Source: Candidatus Eiseniibacteriota bacterium
Lineage (GTDB): Bacteria > Eisenbacteria > RBG-16-71-46 > CAZEPH01
Reading direction: 5' to 3'
Length of the DNA stretch: 62,508 nucleotides
Assembly (NCBI GenBank): GCA_044229145.1
Contig: JBGATO010000018.1
Location: forward strand, 1 to 62,508
Below the pieces are notes generated by a model. That model was given only the letters and a program-made list of their open reading frames with translations. It was not told the origin of the DNA and did no database searches. This document shows, piece after piece, positions 31,875-43,153 of this stretch; the first letter of the stretch is position 1; each line of letters opens with the position of its first letter. A program made the translations under genes and the position numbers.

Positions 31875-32753
31875 TTAGCGGCGCAGCGTGAGGCGTGTCG
31901 AGGCGCCAAGGCGAAACGTCGTGGTGATGGGGTAGCTGCGTCCGGCGATCGCCTGCGCGAGTGTCGCTTCGAGTTCGGATTCGCCGTGACGCCACAACAC
32001 CGACGGCGCGGCGTAGAGGATGGTGCGAGCCGGGATGCGCAGGCCGACATCGCCGAAGTGCGCGCTGCCCGGAAGGCCGGCGAAGCCTTGCACGCGCATG
32101 CGCACGCCGAGCGCGTGGCTCACCATCGTGCCGCCTTCGAGGCGGAAGGGAATCTCGTCGCCGACATTGCGCGGCGGATCGTCGCGATGCGACGTGGTGC
32201 GCGCGCGATAGCCCGACTCGAGGAGCACGTACGCCGGCTTCGGGTAGAGGCTCTTGCCGATGGCCAGCGTGAGCTCGCCGTCCCACTGCCCTTCGCTGAG
32301 CGGGATGAGCGCGGAGCTGGCGGGGTCGATCGGCGTGCGGCCGGTCGGCGCCTTGACGCTTGCGCACAGCGCCGCCGCGACCGGCCACGTCGTCAGGCCA
32401 TACTGCACACGGAACGACGTGTCGCCGGGGCCCGTCGTGGTGCGCAGGCCGGCGGCATCGTCGTAACGCGCAGCTTCGCCGCTCGCGGTGACACCGACGG
32501 TGATGTGCGGCGTCCAGCCGTAGTCCGCGTCGACGAACAACGCGCGCAGCCGCCATTGACCGGCGAGCGCGAAGTCGACGCGCGCGGCGTCACCGCAGTC
32601 GTTGGCGCCGCCGCAGAACTCCTGGTGCGCGCGCTCGGTGGAGCCAGTGGCGCGCAACGCGAGAGCGCCGGCCGGCAATGTCCACGGGCCGCCCGCGCAG
32701 GCGACGCGCGCCGACACGGCGAGGCACAGCGCGGTCAGTGCGAGTCGCCTCAT
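31875..32753 (-). CDS. putative outer-membrane beta-barrel protein
   Basis: ATG overlaps the SCO stop; signal peptide; GPGD, VKAPTG, LSEGQWD; amphipathic strands. Confidence 0.6.
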   Translation of the reverse strand: MRRLALTALCLAVSARVACAGGPWTLPAGALALRATGSTERAHQEFCGGANDCGDAARVDFALAGQWRLRALFVDADYGWTPHITVGVTASGEAARYDDAAGLRTTTGPGDTSFRVQYGLTTWPVAAALCASVKAPTGRTPIDPASSALIPLSEGQWDGELTLAIGKSLYPKPAYVLLESGYRARTTSHRDDPPRNVGDEIPFRLEGGTMVSHALGVRMRVQGFAGLPGSAHFGDVGLRIPARTILYAAPSVLWRHGESELEATLAQAIAGRSYPITTTFRLGASTRLTLRR

Positions 32754-33373
32754 CGCGCTTCCTTTTCCAGTGTGGCGATGTCGTCGATCAGCCGCTGCAC
32801 TTCGCTGCTGTGCGTGACGCCGTAAACGCCGCGCACGCGCAGTGCGCCATCGACGAGGACGAGATTGCCGGCGTGCTCCGTCGCGGTTCCCTCGCCGCCG
32901 ACCCCGACGAAGTACGAGTCGTGCGCGAGCGTGCGGATTGCCGCGCCATCGCCCGTTAGCAGCCGCCAACCGGGTGCCGCGATATGCTTGGATGCCGCGA
33001 AGCGCTGTAGTGCCGCGACGCTGTCGGCTTCCGGCACCAGCGTGAACGACACCAGGTGCACGCGATCGGCGTCCGGATACGCCGCGCGCACCTGATTCAT
33101 CGCCTTGAACATCGGCGGGCACATCGTCGTGCACTGCGCGAAGAAGAACTGCGCGACGTGGATCCGTCCGCGCAAGTCGGCAGCGCTCACGGGGGCGCCG
33201 GTTTGATCGGTCAGCGTGAAGTCGGCGATGTGGTGCAGGGAATCCGCCGGCACCTCGGCGAGCACGCGCGGCTGCAGGAAGGCGTCTTGGTAGACGGGCA
33301 GCGCCGGTGTGCGGCCGCGGCAGCCGGCGATCACGATCACGGCGGCGAACAAGACGATTCGAAGGATGCGCAT
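32750..33373 (-). CDS. SCO family copper-chaperone lipoprotein
   Basis: Lipobox IAGC; FFFAQCTTMCP (CxxxC); EHAGNLVLVD (His ligand). Confidence 0.9.
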   Translation of the reverse strand: MRILRIVLFAAVIVIAGCRGRTPALPVYQDAFLQPRVLAEVPADSLHHIADFTLTDQTGAPVSAADLRGRIHVAQFFFAQCTTMCPPMFKAMNQVRAAYPDADRVHLVSFTLVPEADSVAALQRFAASKHIAAPGWRLLTGDGAAIRTLAHDSYFVGVGGEGTATEHAGNLVLVDGALRVRGVYGVTHSSEVQRLIDDIATLEKEAR

Positions 33374-33384
33374 GGAGCGCAAGC

Positions 33385-36300
33385 CTAGCAGATCGTTGCG
33401 GGCTCCGTCGCCTGGGAGAACTCCGGAGATTGCCCGCGAGCCGCCGCCGGCCGCACGCCCTCGTGCCACACGCGCTGCACCAGGTGCACGCCGTCCTCGA
33501 ACAGCGTGTAGAGACACGGCACGAGGAGCAGCGTGAGCGCGGTCGATGCTGCCAGTCCCCCGATCACGGTGCGCGCCAGCGGGTAGTACATCGCGTCGCC
33601 GACGCCGCTCGAACCGGCGGCGAGCGGCACCAGACCAAGGATCGTCGTGCACGTGGTCATGAGGATCGGGCGCAGACGGTCGCTCGAGGCGGTGAGCAAC
33701 GCCTCGCGCCGTGCCACACCGCGCTCGCGCATCTGATGCACGTGGTGGATGAGCACGATCCCGTTGTTCACCACGATGCCGATCAGGATGAGCAGTCCGA
33801 TCTGCGACATGAGGTTGAACGGCGATCCCGTGACGAAGCACATCCACGCGATGCCGACGAACGCGAACGGCAACGCGCACATGATGGCGAACGGGTGCAG
33901 CAGCGACTCGAACAATGCCGCCATCACGACGTACACCAGGAACAGCGCCAAGAGCAGGTTGACGAGCAACTCCTTCTGCGTCGCGCTCTCGTTCTCGAAC
34001 GCGGAGCCGAACGACCACGTGTAGCCGGTTGGCAACGCCATGCCGTTCATTGCCGCGGTCACTGCTTGCCGCGTCTGCTGCACGCCCTTGGAGTCGCAGT
34101 TGCCGCTGACCTCGAGCACCGAGCGGCGCTGCTGGCGCTCGATGGTGGTCGGCGTCAGCGCACGGTGTAAGTCGGCGACTGCGGCAAGCGGCACGACGCG
34201 TCCGTCCGGCGTGCCGAGCGGCAAGCGCTCGAGCTGTTCGATGTCGGTGCGGTCCTCCTCGGCAAGGCGCGCCTGCATCGTCACCTCACCCTCGGGCCCG
34301 CGGTAGCGCGAAAGCTGGCGGCCGCGGAAGAACAGCGCCACCGCACTGCCGACGTCGCCCGGCGTCAGACCGTACGCCGCGGCCTGGTCACGGCGCACCG
34401 ACACTTCGATTTCCTCGGTGCCCTTGCGCGCGCCGACGTGGACATCGTGCAAGCCCTTCACGTCGCGCAGGCGGCGCATCGCCTCGTCCCCGAGTTGCGT
34501 GAGGCGCGGCCCGGGATCGCCGAAAATACGCACCGTGAGGTCGGTGGGGCCCGTGTTCGAGTCGCCACCTTCGAGTTTGAGCGTGCAGCCCGGAAGCTCC
34601 GGCAGCTTGCCGCGCACCAGTCCGCGCACCTTCTCGGCGCCGAAGTCGTCCTGGTATCCCTTGGCGAGGTACAGGCGCGTGATCGCGGTGTTGTGGGAGA
34701 AGTACGAGTAGGTGCCGGTGATGTGGAGCGCCTGCTTGCGGCCGAGTGCCCACGCTTCGACCGCGCTGACGTAGCGTTCGACCTGACGGTAGTTGAGATT
34801 GTCGGCGAACTCGTAGGACACGGAGATGGTCTCGACCTTCGACGCGCTGAACGTGCTCTTGTCGACCTTGAGGAATGGCACGATGGCGGACGCCACGACG
34901 GCGAGCGCGATGCCGAGGGCTGCCGGACGGTGTGCCAGCGTCCATGCCAGCACACCGCGGTAGCGCGCCGCCAAGGATGCGAATGCCTTGGGCGGCGTCG
35001 CCGCGCCGGCCGGGAGCATGCGGCCGAGCGCCAGCGGAATCGCGGTCAGCGAGAGCAGCAGCGAGCAGGTGAGCGTGAAGATGATGGTGCGTCCGACTTC
35101 GCCGATCCACGTCGTGATCTCGGTACGCCCGCCGAGGACCAGAGGCAGGAATACGATGATCGACGTCAGTGTTGCGCACACGACGGCTGGCAAGACCTCG
35201 CGTGATCCCTTGAGTGCGGCGCGCAGCCGGCCCGCGCCGTTTTGCCGATGACGATAGATGCACTCGAGCATCACGACGGCGTTGTCCACCAACATGCCGA
35301 CCGCCAACATGAGCCCCATCATCGACAGGATGTTGAGCGAGCGGCCGGTGAAGTAGAGCAGGGCCGAGGCGGCGAGCAGCGAGAACGGAATCGCCATGCC
35401 GACCACCAGCGTGGTGATCCAGTTGCGCAGGAAGAAGAACAGCACGGCGACGGCAAGCAACGCGCCGACGACGCCGGCGTGCTGCAAGCTGCGGATCGCG
35501 CTCGTGATGTCGGCTCCCTGGTCGGTGAAGGTGAGCACCTTGATGCCGCGCAGAACCGGATCGCGGTGGATGTCCGCGAGCGTCGCCTGCGCGCGGCGCG
35601 CGACGTCGACGCTGTTGGCGCCTGACTCCTTGATGACATTCAGCCCGATGGCGCGCGCGCGATCGAGGTGGCGGCCGTAGTCGAGCTCCGGCTCGCGGTA
35701 GCGCACCGCGGCGACGTCGCGCACGTGCAGGCCGTGCCCCAGTGGCAAGTTCGCGATGTCTTCGAGGTGCGCGAATTGGCCGCTGACGCGCAGCGGCCAC
35801 GTCTCGGTGCCGTTGCGCAAGGTGCCGGCGCTGACGCTGCGATTGGCGCCGTCGATTGCTTGCACGACACGTGTGGCGTCGAGGCCGTGTGCGGCGAGCG
35901 CGGCCGAGCGGAACTCGATCAGCACCTCCGGCCGCTCGACGCCGTACAACTCGACCTTCGCCACGCCCGGCACGCGACGCAACGGATCGGCGATGTGGCG
36001 ATCGAGCAGTTCGTATTCGCGCGACAGGTCGCGCTCCGCCGCGACGCGGCACTCGAGCACCGGAATGTCCGACGACCGGAATCCGTTGACCTGGATTTGA
36101 TCGACGTCCACCGGCAGTTGATCGCGGATGCGATCGAGCTTCTCGCGTGCCTCGGCGCGCAGCGGACCGATGTCTTTGCCCCAGTCGAACTCGAGCGAGA
36201 TGGTCGCCTGGTTCGCGCTCGAATACGACTGCATGCGGCGCACGCCGGAGAGCGTCGAGAGCGCTTCTTCGGCGGGACGCGTGATCTCCTCCTCGACCTG

Positions 36301-36471
36301 CGCGGGCAGCGAGTTGGGATACGGAATCGTGATCTCGAGCTGCGGAAAGTCGACCTCGGGCAAGAACGCCAGCGGCAGGCGCGGCGCGCTGATCGCACCC
36401 ACCACCAGGATCGACACCACCAACATCGCGGCCGACACCGGCCGGCGCACGCTCCAGCGGGAGAGGTTCAT
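33385..36471 (-). CDS. RND efflux permease (AcrB/AcrD/AcrF family), copy 2
   Basis: SVRRPV, GMLVDNAVVMLE, FESLLHPF, GIVVNNGIVL, RLRPILMT. Confidence 0.92.
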   Translation of the reverse strand: MNLSRWSVRRPVSAAMLVVSILVVGAISAPRLPLAFLPEVDFPQLEITIPYPNSLPAQVEEEITRPAEEALSTLSGVRRMQSYSSANQATISLEFDWGKDIGPLRAEAREKLDRIRDQLPVDVDQIQVNGFRSSDIPVLECRVAAERDLSREYELLDRHIADPLRRVPGVAKVELYGVERPEVLIEFRSAALAAHGLDATRVVQAIDGANRSVSAGTLRNGTETWPLRVSGQFAHLEDIANLPLGHGLHVRDVAAVRYREPELDYGRHLDRARAIGLNVIKESGANSVDVARRAQATLADIHRDPVLRGIKVLTFTDQGADITSAIRSLQHAGVVGALLAVAVLFFFLRNWITTLVVGMAIPFSLLAASALLYFTGRSLNILSMMGLMLAVGMLVDNAVVMLECIYRHRQNGAGRLRAALKGSREVLPAVVCATLTSIIVFLPLVLGGRTEITTWIGEVGRTIIFTLTCSLLLSLTAIPLALGRMLPAGAATPPKAFASLAARYRGVLAWTLAHRPAALGIALAVVASAIVPFLKVDKSTFSASKVETISVSYEFADNLNYRQVERYVSAVEAWALGRKQALHITGTYSYFSHNTAITRLYLAKGYQDDFGAEKVRGLVRGKLPELPGCTLKLEGGDSNTGPTDLTVRIFGDPGPRLTQLGDEAMRRLRDVKGLHDVHVGARKGTEEIEVSVRRDQAAAYGLTPGDVGSAVALFFRGRQLSRYRGPEGEVTMQARLAEEDRTDIEQLERLPLGTPDGRVVPLAAVADLHRALTPTTIERQQRRSVLEVSGNCDSKGVQQTRQAVTAAMNGMALPTGYTWSFGSAFENESATQKELLVNLLLALFLVYVVMAALFESLLHPFAIMCALPFAFVGIAWMCFVTGSPFNLMSQIGLLILIGIVVNNGIVLIHHVHQMRERGVARREALLTASSDRLRPILMTTCTTILGLVPLAAGSSGVGDAMYYPLARTVIGGLAASTALTLLLVPCLYTLFEDGVHLVQRVWHEGVRPAAARGQSPEFSQATEPATIC

Positions 36472-36480
36472 CGCCGCCTC

Positions 36481-39400
36481 CTACGCGCTGCGGTCGAGCG
36501 TCGCGTACACCACCGGGATGACGACGAGCGTCAGCACGGTCGCGAACGCGAGCCCGCCCATGATGGTGAGCGCCAGCGGCTGCCCGACCTCGCCGCCCTG
36601 GCCGAGGCCGGCGGCGAGCGGCAACAGACCGAGCACCGTGCACAACGTCGTCATGAGAATCGGACGCAGACGCACGCAGCCAGCCTCGATCAACGCGTCG
36701 CGCTTGGCGCGGCCCGCGGCGCGCAGACGATTGGTGTAGTCCACGAGAATGATCGCGTTCTTCACCACGATGCCGCTCAACACCAGCATGCCGATCAGCA
36801 CCATGACGCTCACCGGCGTGCGGGTGAGCACCAGCGTCAGCACGACGCCGATCACCGCCAGCGGCAGCGTGAACATGATGACGAACGGGTGCAGCAACGA
36901 CTCGAACTGCGAAGCCATCACGAGATACGAGGAAGATGGCGAGCAGGATCTCCAGACGCAGCGACGTGAACGATTCGGCGAGGTCGGCGTTCTGGCCGGC
37001 GAGCACGACGCGCGTGCCGTCGCCGGTGCGCAGGGCGCCGATCGCGGTGACGATGTCCTTCGACACGCTGCCGAGATCGCGGCCGTGCAGGTTGGCAGTG
37101 ACCACGGCGGCGCGCTGCTGCGCGATGCGGCGGATCTCGCCGGGGCCGTGCACGACGGCGGTGTGGGCGACGGCACCGAGCGGCACCACGGCGCCGTCGT
37201 TGCGTCCGACCTCCAGCGTCGCGAGGTCGGTCACCGCGGTGCGGTCCTCGGCGCGCGCGCGGACGCGGACGTCGAGTTTGCGGTCGGCGTCGGAGAACTG
37301 CGTCGCCGCGTCGCCCTGCACCGCATTGCGCACGAGACGCGACGCCGAGGTCGGCGTCAGCCCGACGCTGGCGAGCCGGTCACGGTCGAAGGCGATTTGC
37401 ACCTCGGGATCGCCGCCGCGCACCGACGACTCGACGTCCTCGATGCCGTGGATACCGCCGAGCGCCTGCGTCACCTGCGCCGTCACCGCGCGCAAGGTGT
37501 CGAGATCGTGCGAGTACACTTCGACCTCGATCGGCGCGCGGAAGGTGAGCAGCGACGGGCGGCTGAACTCGTAGGTGAGGCCCGGCACGTCCTCCATCGC
37601 CGCGCGCAGCGTGCCGGCGACGTCGTCCTCGGCATGCGCGTCGCCCGCCGTCTTCATCGCCACCGCGATCTGCCCGCGGTTCGGCTCGCGCGCGCTGCCC
37701 GCGAACGACGCCAGGTTGTCCTGGCCGGCGCTGGTGTAGACGAACTGCACGCGCGGATCGCGGCGAATCGTCGCGGCGAGCGAATCCAGCGTGCGGTCGG
37801 TGACGCCGAGCGCCGTGCCTTCCGGCAACCGCACGTCGAATGTGAACTGGCCTTGCGCGAAGCTCGGAATCAGATCCTTCGGCCACAGCGCGAACGCGGC
37901 GAGCGATCCCACGAGAAGCGCCGCCGCGCTCGCCAGCACGAGCGCCGGGCGCGCCAACGCCTGACGCAGCACGCGCGGGTACACGGCGAGCAGACGCTCG
38001 TACGCCCACTCCACTGGCGCCAGCACGCGCGCCGCGAGCGGCACCAGCACGCGGCCCGCGAGCGCGAGCCCACGCGCCAGCATGCGCAACGGCCACACGG
38101 CGACGAACAACGTCCACAGCCCGACGGACGCGGCGCGGCGCCGTGTCGGCGAGGCGGCATCGGATGCGCCCGAGACGGTGAGGGCATCCGCCGCGACGGC
38201 GTCCGCGCCGTGCCGCGAGCTGCGCCGCGCGCCCAACGCCGCCACCGTCGGCACCAAGGCCAACGCGACCAGCATCGAGGCGAGCAGCGAGAACGAGATC
38301 GTCAACGCCTGGTCGCGGATCAACTGGCCCGCGAGGCCTTGCACGAAGACGAGCGGCAAGAAGACGACGACGGTGGTGAGCGTGGAGGCGACGACCGCCA
38401 TCGCCACCGTCCCCGCTCCCCGAGCCGCCGCCGTCTTCAAGTCGTCTGGGTGCTCCTGCCGCTTGCGCCAGATCGACTCCAACACCACGATCGAGTCGTC
38501 GACGATCATGCCGACGCCCATCGCCAAGCCGCCGAGCGACATGAGATTCAACGACAACCCGAGGCGGTACATGATGATGAATGTCGCCAGCACGCTGACC
38601 GGAATCGACAGCGAGATGATCGCCGTCGAGCGCAGGTCGCGCAGGAAGCCGAAGATCACGAGGATCGACAGAATGCTGCCGATGAGCGCGGCGTCGACGA
38701 CGTCCTTGATCGCGCGCTCGATGAACAGCGACTGGTCGGCGACGGTGACCATCGTCATGCCGTCCGGCAGCGCGAGTTTGGCGACGCGCGCCTTGACGGC
38801 ACGCGCCACGGCGACGGTGTTGGCGTCGCCTTCCTTGTAGACGGCGATTTCGACGGCTTCGCGGCCGCCGACGCGCGCCACGATGTCGCGTTCCTTGGCG
38901 CCGCGCCGCACGGTGGCGATGTCGCCCACGCGCACCACGCCTTCGGGACGCGACGCCAGCACGATGCTGGCGATTTCCTCCGGCGAGGCGAACTGGTTGG
39001 CGACGCGCACCAAGTACTCGCTCTGGCCCTGTGTCAGCGAACCGCCGGCGAGATTGACGTTCTCGTCGCCGAGCCGTGTGGTCAGCTCGGACAAACTGAT
39101 GCCGACCGCCGACAACCGTGCGGCATCGACATCGACCTGGATTTCCTCTTCCTCGCCGCCTGCGATCTTCACGGCAGCCACACCCTGCGCGCCTTCGAGC
39201 TCCGTCTTCACCGTGCGCTCGGCGATGCGGCGCAAGCGCTGCAAGTTGCCGCCGCCACTCAGGCGGAAACGCAGGATCGGGTCGAGCGACGGGTCGAAGC
39301 GCACGATGGCAGGCCGCTTCACCTCGCGCGGCAGATTCACCAGATCGAGCTTCTCGCGCACGCTGAGCGAGGCGAGGTCCATGCGCGTGCCGCCGGCGAA

Positions 39401-39682
39401 CTCGAGCGTCACCTCCGACTGTCCGGCGTGCGACGTCGAGTGCAACCGCGTGAGGCCCGGCACCACGCCCACCGCCTCTTCGACCGGACGTGTGACGAAC
39501 TGCTCGACGTCCTCCGGCGCGGCGTCGGGGAACTCGGTGCGCACGGTGAGCGACGGATAGGAGACGTCGGGCAGCAAGTCCACCGCGAGGCGCGACAGCG
39601 CCACCACGCCGAAGATCGCGAGACCGAGCGTGACCATGAGTACGGTCACCGGGCGCGTGATGCTGATGTCGACGAGACGCAT
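36481..39682 (-). pseudogene. RND efflux permease, copy 1, frameshifted near 36927
   Basis: SITRPV, GMIVDDSIVVLE in one frame; YLVMASQFESLLHPF, RLRPILMT in another; adding 2 nt restores FLVYLVMASQFES. Confidence 0.85.
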
Positions 39683-39851
39683 CGGAGTTCTCCTTCGACC
39701 GCGGGCGGGCCGGCGCTCGAGGGCCGGCGCGGAGGCGGAGGGTGCGCGCGGGCCGGACTGCGACAACGGGAGCGGCGGGCCTGCCTCGCGTGACAGCCGT
39801 CCGCGTCCCGTCGTCGCGCCGAACCGGCGTCGCGAACGGACATCGGGAAAC

Positions 39852-40952
39852 CTAGAAGGCGACGATGCGGATCTTCGTGCCCTGCTTCAAACCACCCTGG
39901 CCGACGGTGACGACGCGGTCGCCCGCCCGCAGGCCGGCCACCACTTGCGCGGTGTCACCCGACACTGCGCCGACGGTCACCGGAACGCGCACCGCGCTGT
40001 CGCCGCGCGCCGCGAAGACGTAGGTTTCGCCGTCCTCGGTGAGCAAACCCTTCTTGGGCATCAGCAGCGCGTTCTGCACGTGCGCCGTCTCCAACTTCAC
40101 GCGAGCGAAAGTGCCGGGACGCAGCGTGCCGTCGGCATTGTCGATCGCCAGCGTCACCTTGAATGTGCCGGTGCCGCGATCCACCGTCGGATTGACCAGC
40201 TCGACGCGCGCCGCGTGGGGATCGCCGCCGAGATCGTCGAACGACAGCGTCGCCGTCTGCCCGACGCGCACGTGCGGCAGTTCGCGCTCCGGGAAGTAGA
40301 CACGGGCGAGGATCGGACTGAATTCGGCGATGGTGAAGCAGTCCTTGCCGGCGACCACCGACTCGCCGGCGTTGACGAGCCGCGCGGTGACGCGGCCGGA
40401 GAACGGCGCGACGATGCGCGTCTGCGCGAGGTCGTAGCGCGCCTGCTTCACCGCGACCACCGCCGACTTGTGCTTCAGTTGCAGATCGTCGAAGTCGCGG
40501 TCGGCGATCAAATGCTGCTGCATGAGCTGGGTGCCGCGCTCCATCTCGCGGCGCGCCATCTCCTCGGAAACCTGCGCGCGTTCGAGCGCGAGCCGCGCGT
40601 CGTCGTCCTCGAGTTGCGCCAGCACCTGACCTTTGCGGACCGACGCACCTTCCTCGACGAACAATTTCACGAGCTGGCCCGGACGCCGCGCCACCAGCGT
40701 GGCGGCGGTGCGCGGTTCGAGACTCGACGTCGACTCGAGATAGGTGACGAGCGAGCCGGCATGCACCGGCGACACCGCGACCGGCGCGGCCGTCGGGCCT
40801 TCGGCCTTCTTCGCCTTGGCGCCGCTGGTCTTGGCGGCCTTCGCGCCGCGCACCCAGACGACGCTGCCGAGCCCCCCGGCCACCACGACGACGGCGGCGA
40901 GCGAGGCGATCAGTGCGCGGCGGGAGCGCCGCCGCACGGGCGTGGTGTCCAT
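39852..40952 (-). CDS. RND periplasmic adaptor (MFP) subunit
   Basis: GGAGG RBS; N-terminal TM; VEEGASVRKGQVLAQL, IVAPFSG, LRPGTFARV, GLRAGDRVV. Confidence 0.92.
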   Translation of the reverse strand: MDTTPVRRRSRRALIASLAAVVVVAGGLGSVVWVRGAKAAKTSGAKAKKAEGPTAAPVAVSPVHAGSLVTYLESTSSLEPRTAATLVARRPGQLVKLFVEEGASVRKGQVLAQLEDDDARLALERAQVSEEMARREMERGTQLMQQHLIADRDFDDLQLKHKSAVVAVKQARYDLAQTRIVAPFSGRVTARLVNAGESVVAGKDCFTIAEFSPILARVYFPERELPHVRVGQTATLSFDDLGGDPHAARVELVNPTVDRGTGTFKVTLAIDNADGTLRPGTFARVKLETAHVQNALLMPKKGLLTEDGETYVFAARGDSAVRVPVTVGAVSGDTAQVVAGLRAGDRVVTVGQGGLKQGTKIRIVAF

Positions 40953-41168
40953 GACACACCTCCGGAGGGACCAAAGCGCGGCGCGACCCGGCGCGCACGA
41001 CGCTGCATCTCGTTGTTTCTGGGGCCGGTAGGTAGGAGCGGCACGGCGGGCCGCACGGCCGGCGTGGGCGGGTAGACGGAAGGGTCGTAGCCTCGGTTGC
41101 AATGATTTCGCAGATTTGTGGTCGACCATGGTGGCGCGGTGCGCCGCGCCCTGCCCAAGGAGCCCGTC

Positions 41169-42530
41169 ATGCCGACCACACGCCCCGCCACGCGGAAGCA
41201 GGCCAGCCGCTCGTCGAAGCCCTCCCGCGCCTATCACCCCGAGACGACGCTCGTGCACGGGCTGTTCGAATCCGAGCACTGGAACTACTCCGATCACATC
41301 GTGCCGCCGATCTCGGCATCCGCTGCGTATCGCCTCGAGAGCGCGGCGCGCGGCGCCGAGGGTTTTCGTGAGTTCGCCAACCCGGAGTTCAACCGCGCGA
41401 CGCATGCACCGATCTACATCTACGACCGCCTCGAAGAACCGTCGCGCGGAATGCTCGAGGAAAATCTGGCGATGGCGGAAGGCGGCGAGCGCGCGGTGTG
41501 TTTCGCCACCGGCATGGCGGCGATCAGCGCGGCGATCGGCGTGCTGGCGCGCAGCGGTGACCGCATCGTCGCGCACCACACGCTCTATGGCTGCACATTT
41601 TCATTGTTCATGAACTGGTTGCCGCGCTTCGGCGTGCGAGTCGAGTTGATCGACATGAACGATCCGGCGGCGCTCGACGCGGCGCTCGCGGCGGACGACG
41701 TGATGGCGGCGTACTGCGAGACGCCGTGCAACCCGACGCTCGATCTGCTCGACCTCGCCGCTATCGCGAAGGCCGTGCGGCGGGCGAACGCGGCGCGCGC
41801 CCGGCGGCATCGCGGCGCGCCGCATCGCCGCATTTACACCGTCGTCGACAACACGTTCGCGACGCCGTTCTGCCAGCGGCCGCTCGAGTTCGGCATCGAC
41901 ATCGTCGTGCATTCGTTGACGAAGAATCTCGGCGGCTTCGGCACCGACATGGGAGGCGCGGTGATCGCGCCGCGATTGTTCGAGCAGGACTTGCTGCTGT
42001 ATCGGAAAGATTTCGGCGCGCCGCTGTCACCGCGCAATGCGTGGCCGATTCTCGTGTACGGCCTGCCGTCGCTCGCGGTGCGCGCGGAGAAGCAGCAGCG
42101 CAATGCGCTCGCGGTGGCGCGGTGGCTACAGCGGCAGCCCGAGGTGGCGACCGTCGTGTATCCCGGCTTGCCGTCGCATCCGCAACACGCACTGGCGAAG
42201 CGGCAAATGCGCGATCCGTCGGGCCGCTTCGCGCCGGGGATCTTGGTGTCGTTCGCGTTGACCGGATCGCCCGCCGTCGCGCGCCGTCGCGGCGAACGCA
42301 TGATGGACTACATCGCCAAGAAGTCGCTGGCGATCACGCTCGCGGTGAGCCTCGGACAGGTGCGAACGTTGATCGAACACCCGGCCTCGATGACGCACGC
42401 CGCGATCCCGCCGCGCGAGCAGAAGGCCGGCGGCATCGAGCCGGGCGGCGTCCGGATCTCGCTCGGCGTCGAGGACCCGCGCGACATCATCGCGGATCTG
42501 AAGGAGGCGTTGGCGCGGGCGGGGCGGTGA
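41169..42530 (+). CDS. PLP-dependent Cys/Met metabolism lyase (methionine gamma-lyase/cystathionine gamma-synthase family)
   Basis: YDR, FATGMAAIS, LYGCT, ETPCNPT, VDNTFATP, HSLTK, AVSLG, HPASMTH. Confidence 0.9.
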   Translation: MPTTRPATRKQASRSSKPSRAYHPETTLVHGLFESEHWNYSDHIVPPISASAAYRLESAARGAEGFREFANPEFNRATHAPIYIYDRLEEPSRGMLEENLAMAEGGERAVCFATGMAAISAAIGVLARSGDRIVAHHTLYGCTFSLFMNWLPRFGVRVELIDMNDPAALDAALAADDVMAAYCETPCNPTLDLLDLAAIAKAVRRANAARARRHRGAPHRRIYTVVDNTFATPFCQRPLEFGIDIVVHSLTKNLGGFGTDMGGAVIAPRLFEQDLLLYRKDFGAPLSPRNAWPILVYGLPSLAVRAEKQQRNALAVARWLQRQPEVATVVYPGLPSHPQHALAKRQMRDPSGRFAPGILVSFALTGSPAVARRRGERMMDYIAKKSLAITLAVSLGQVRTLIEHPASMTHAAIPPREQKAGGIEPGGVRISLGVEDPRDIIADLKEALARAGR

Positions 42531-43020
42531 TTCGCCTCCCCGCGGCCCACCCGACTACCGCGCCGAGCACCATCGCCGGCAGCGTGTACACGCACCACGG
42601 CCACAGCAGCACCATCGCGTCGAACTCCCAAAAGATCGGGAGGTAGATCCAACACGTCGCCGCGACGCCGCCCCACGCGGCGTAGCGCAACGGCAGCCGC
42701 TGCGCCGCGCGCGTGTGCAAGCCAACGCGCGCCGTCTGCTCCGCCAGCCACGGCGACAGCAACGCCAGCAACACCATCGGCGCCGCCATGTAGAGTGCGA
42801 GCAACAACTCGGCGGCCACCGTCCGCGGATGCAAGAACGCCCGCCACGGATACGTCGGCCGACCCAGCGCGTCGAGATAGCCCTTCACCGCGACGCCGGT
42901 TGCCCACGGCGCAAGGTATCCGCTCAGCCCGACACTCCACGCAAACGCGCGCCGCGACCGCCGCGTGGCGATCCACCACCACGCCGGTGCGACGATGCAC
43001 ACCGCCACGATTCCAGACAT
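42487..43020 (-). CDS. hypothetical integral membrane protein
   Basis: About five hydrophobic segments; fills the gap between known genes; 44-nt tail-to-tail overlap; start uncertain. Confidence 0.5.
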   Translation of the reverse strand: MSGIVAVCIVAPAWWWIATRRSRRAFAWSVGLSGYLAPWATGVAVKGYLDALGRPTYPWRAFLHPRTVAAELLLALYMAAPMVLLALLSPWLAEQTARVGLHTRAAQRLPLRYAAWGGVAATCWIYLPIFWEFDAMVLLWPWCVYTLPAMVLGAVVGWAAGRRITAPPAPTPPSDPR

Positions 43021-43153
43021 CCACGCCGCATCGCGCGGCGGCAGGGCCAACATGAAGCGCTCCGATCGACGAGAGACCTGCTCTCAGTCAACCGGAGCGC
43101 GAGACCGCCGGCAAGGGCGACGGGCGAGGGATCGCCGCCTTCCGCCAAGGGCG

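Noticed and set aside
34388..39766. Apparent 1792-aa giant RND protein
   Set aside because: Artefact of the frameshift near 36927; the sequence after LAIFLV is out-of-frame read-through over the next gene.
40960..41168. SAM riboswitch upstream of the Cys/Met lyase
   Set aside because: No SAM-I core (ATC..GAG..GA.GG) or other recognisable aptamer was seen.
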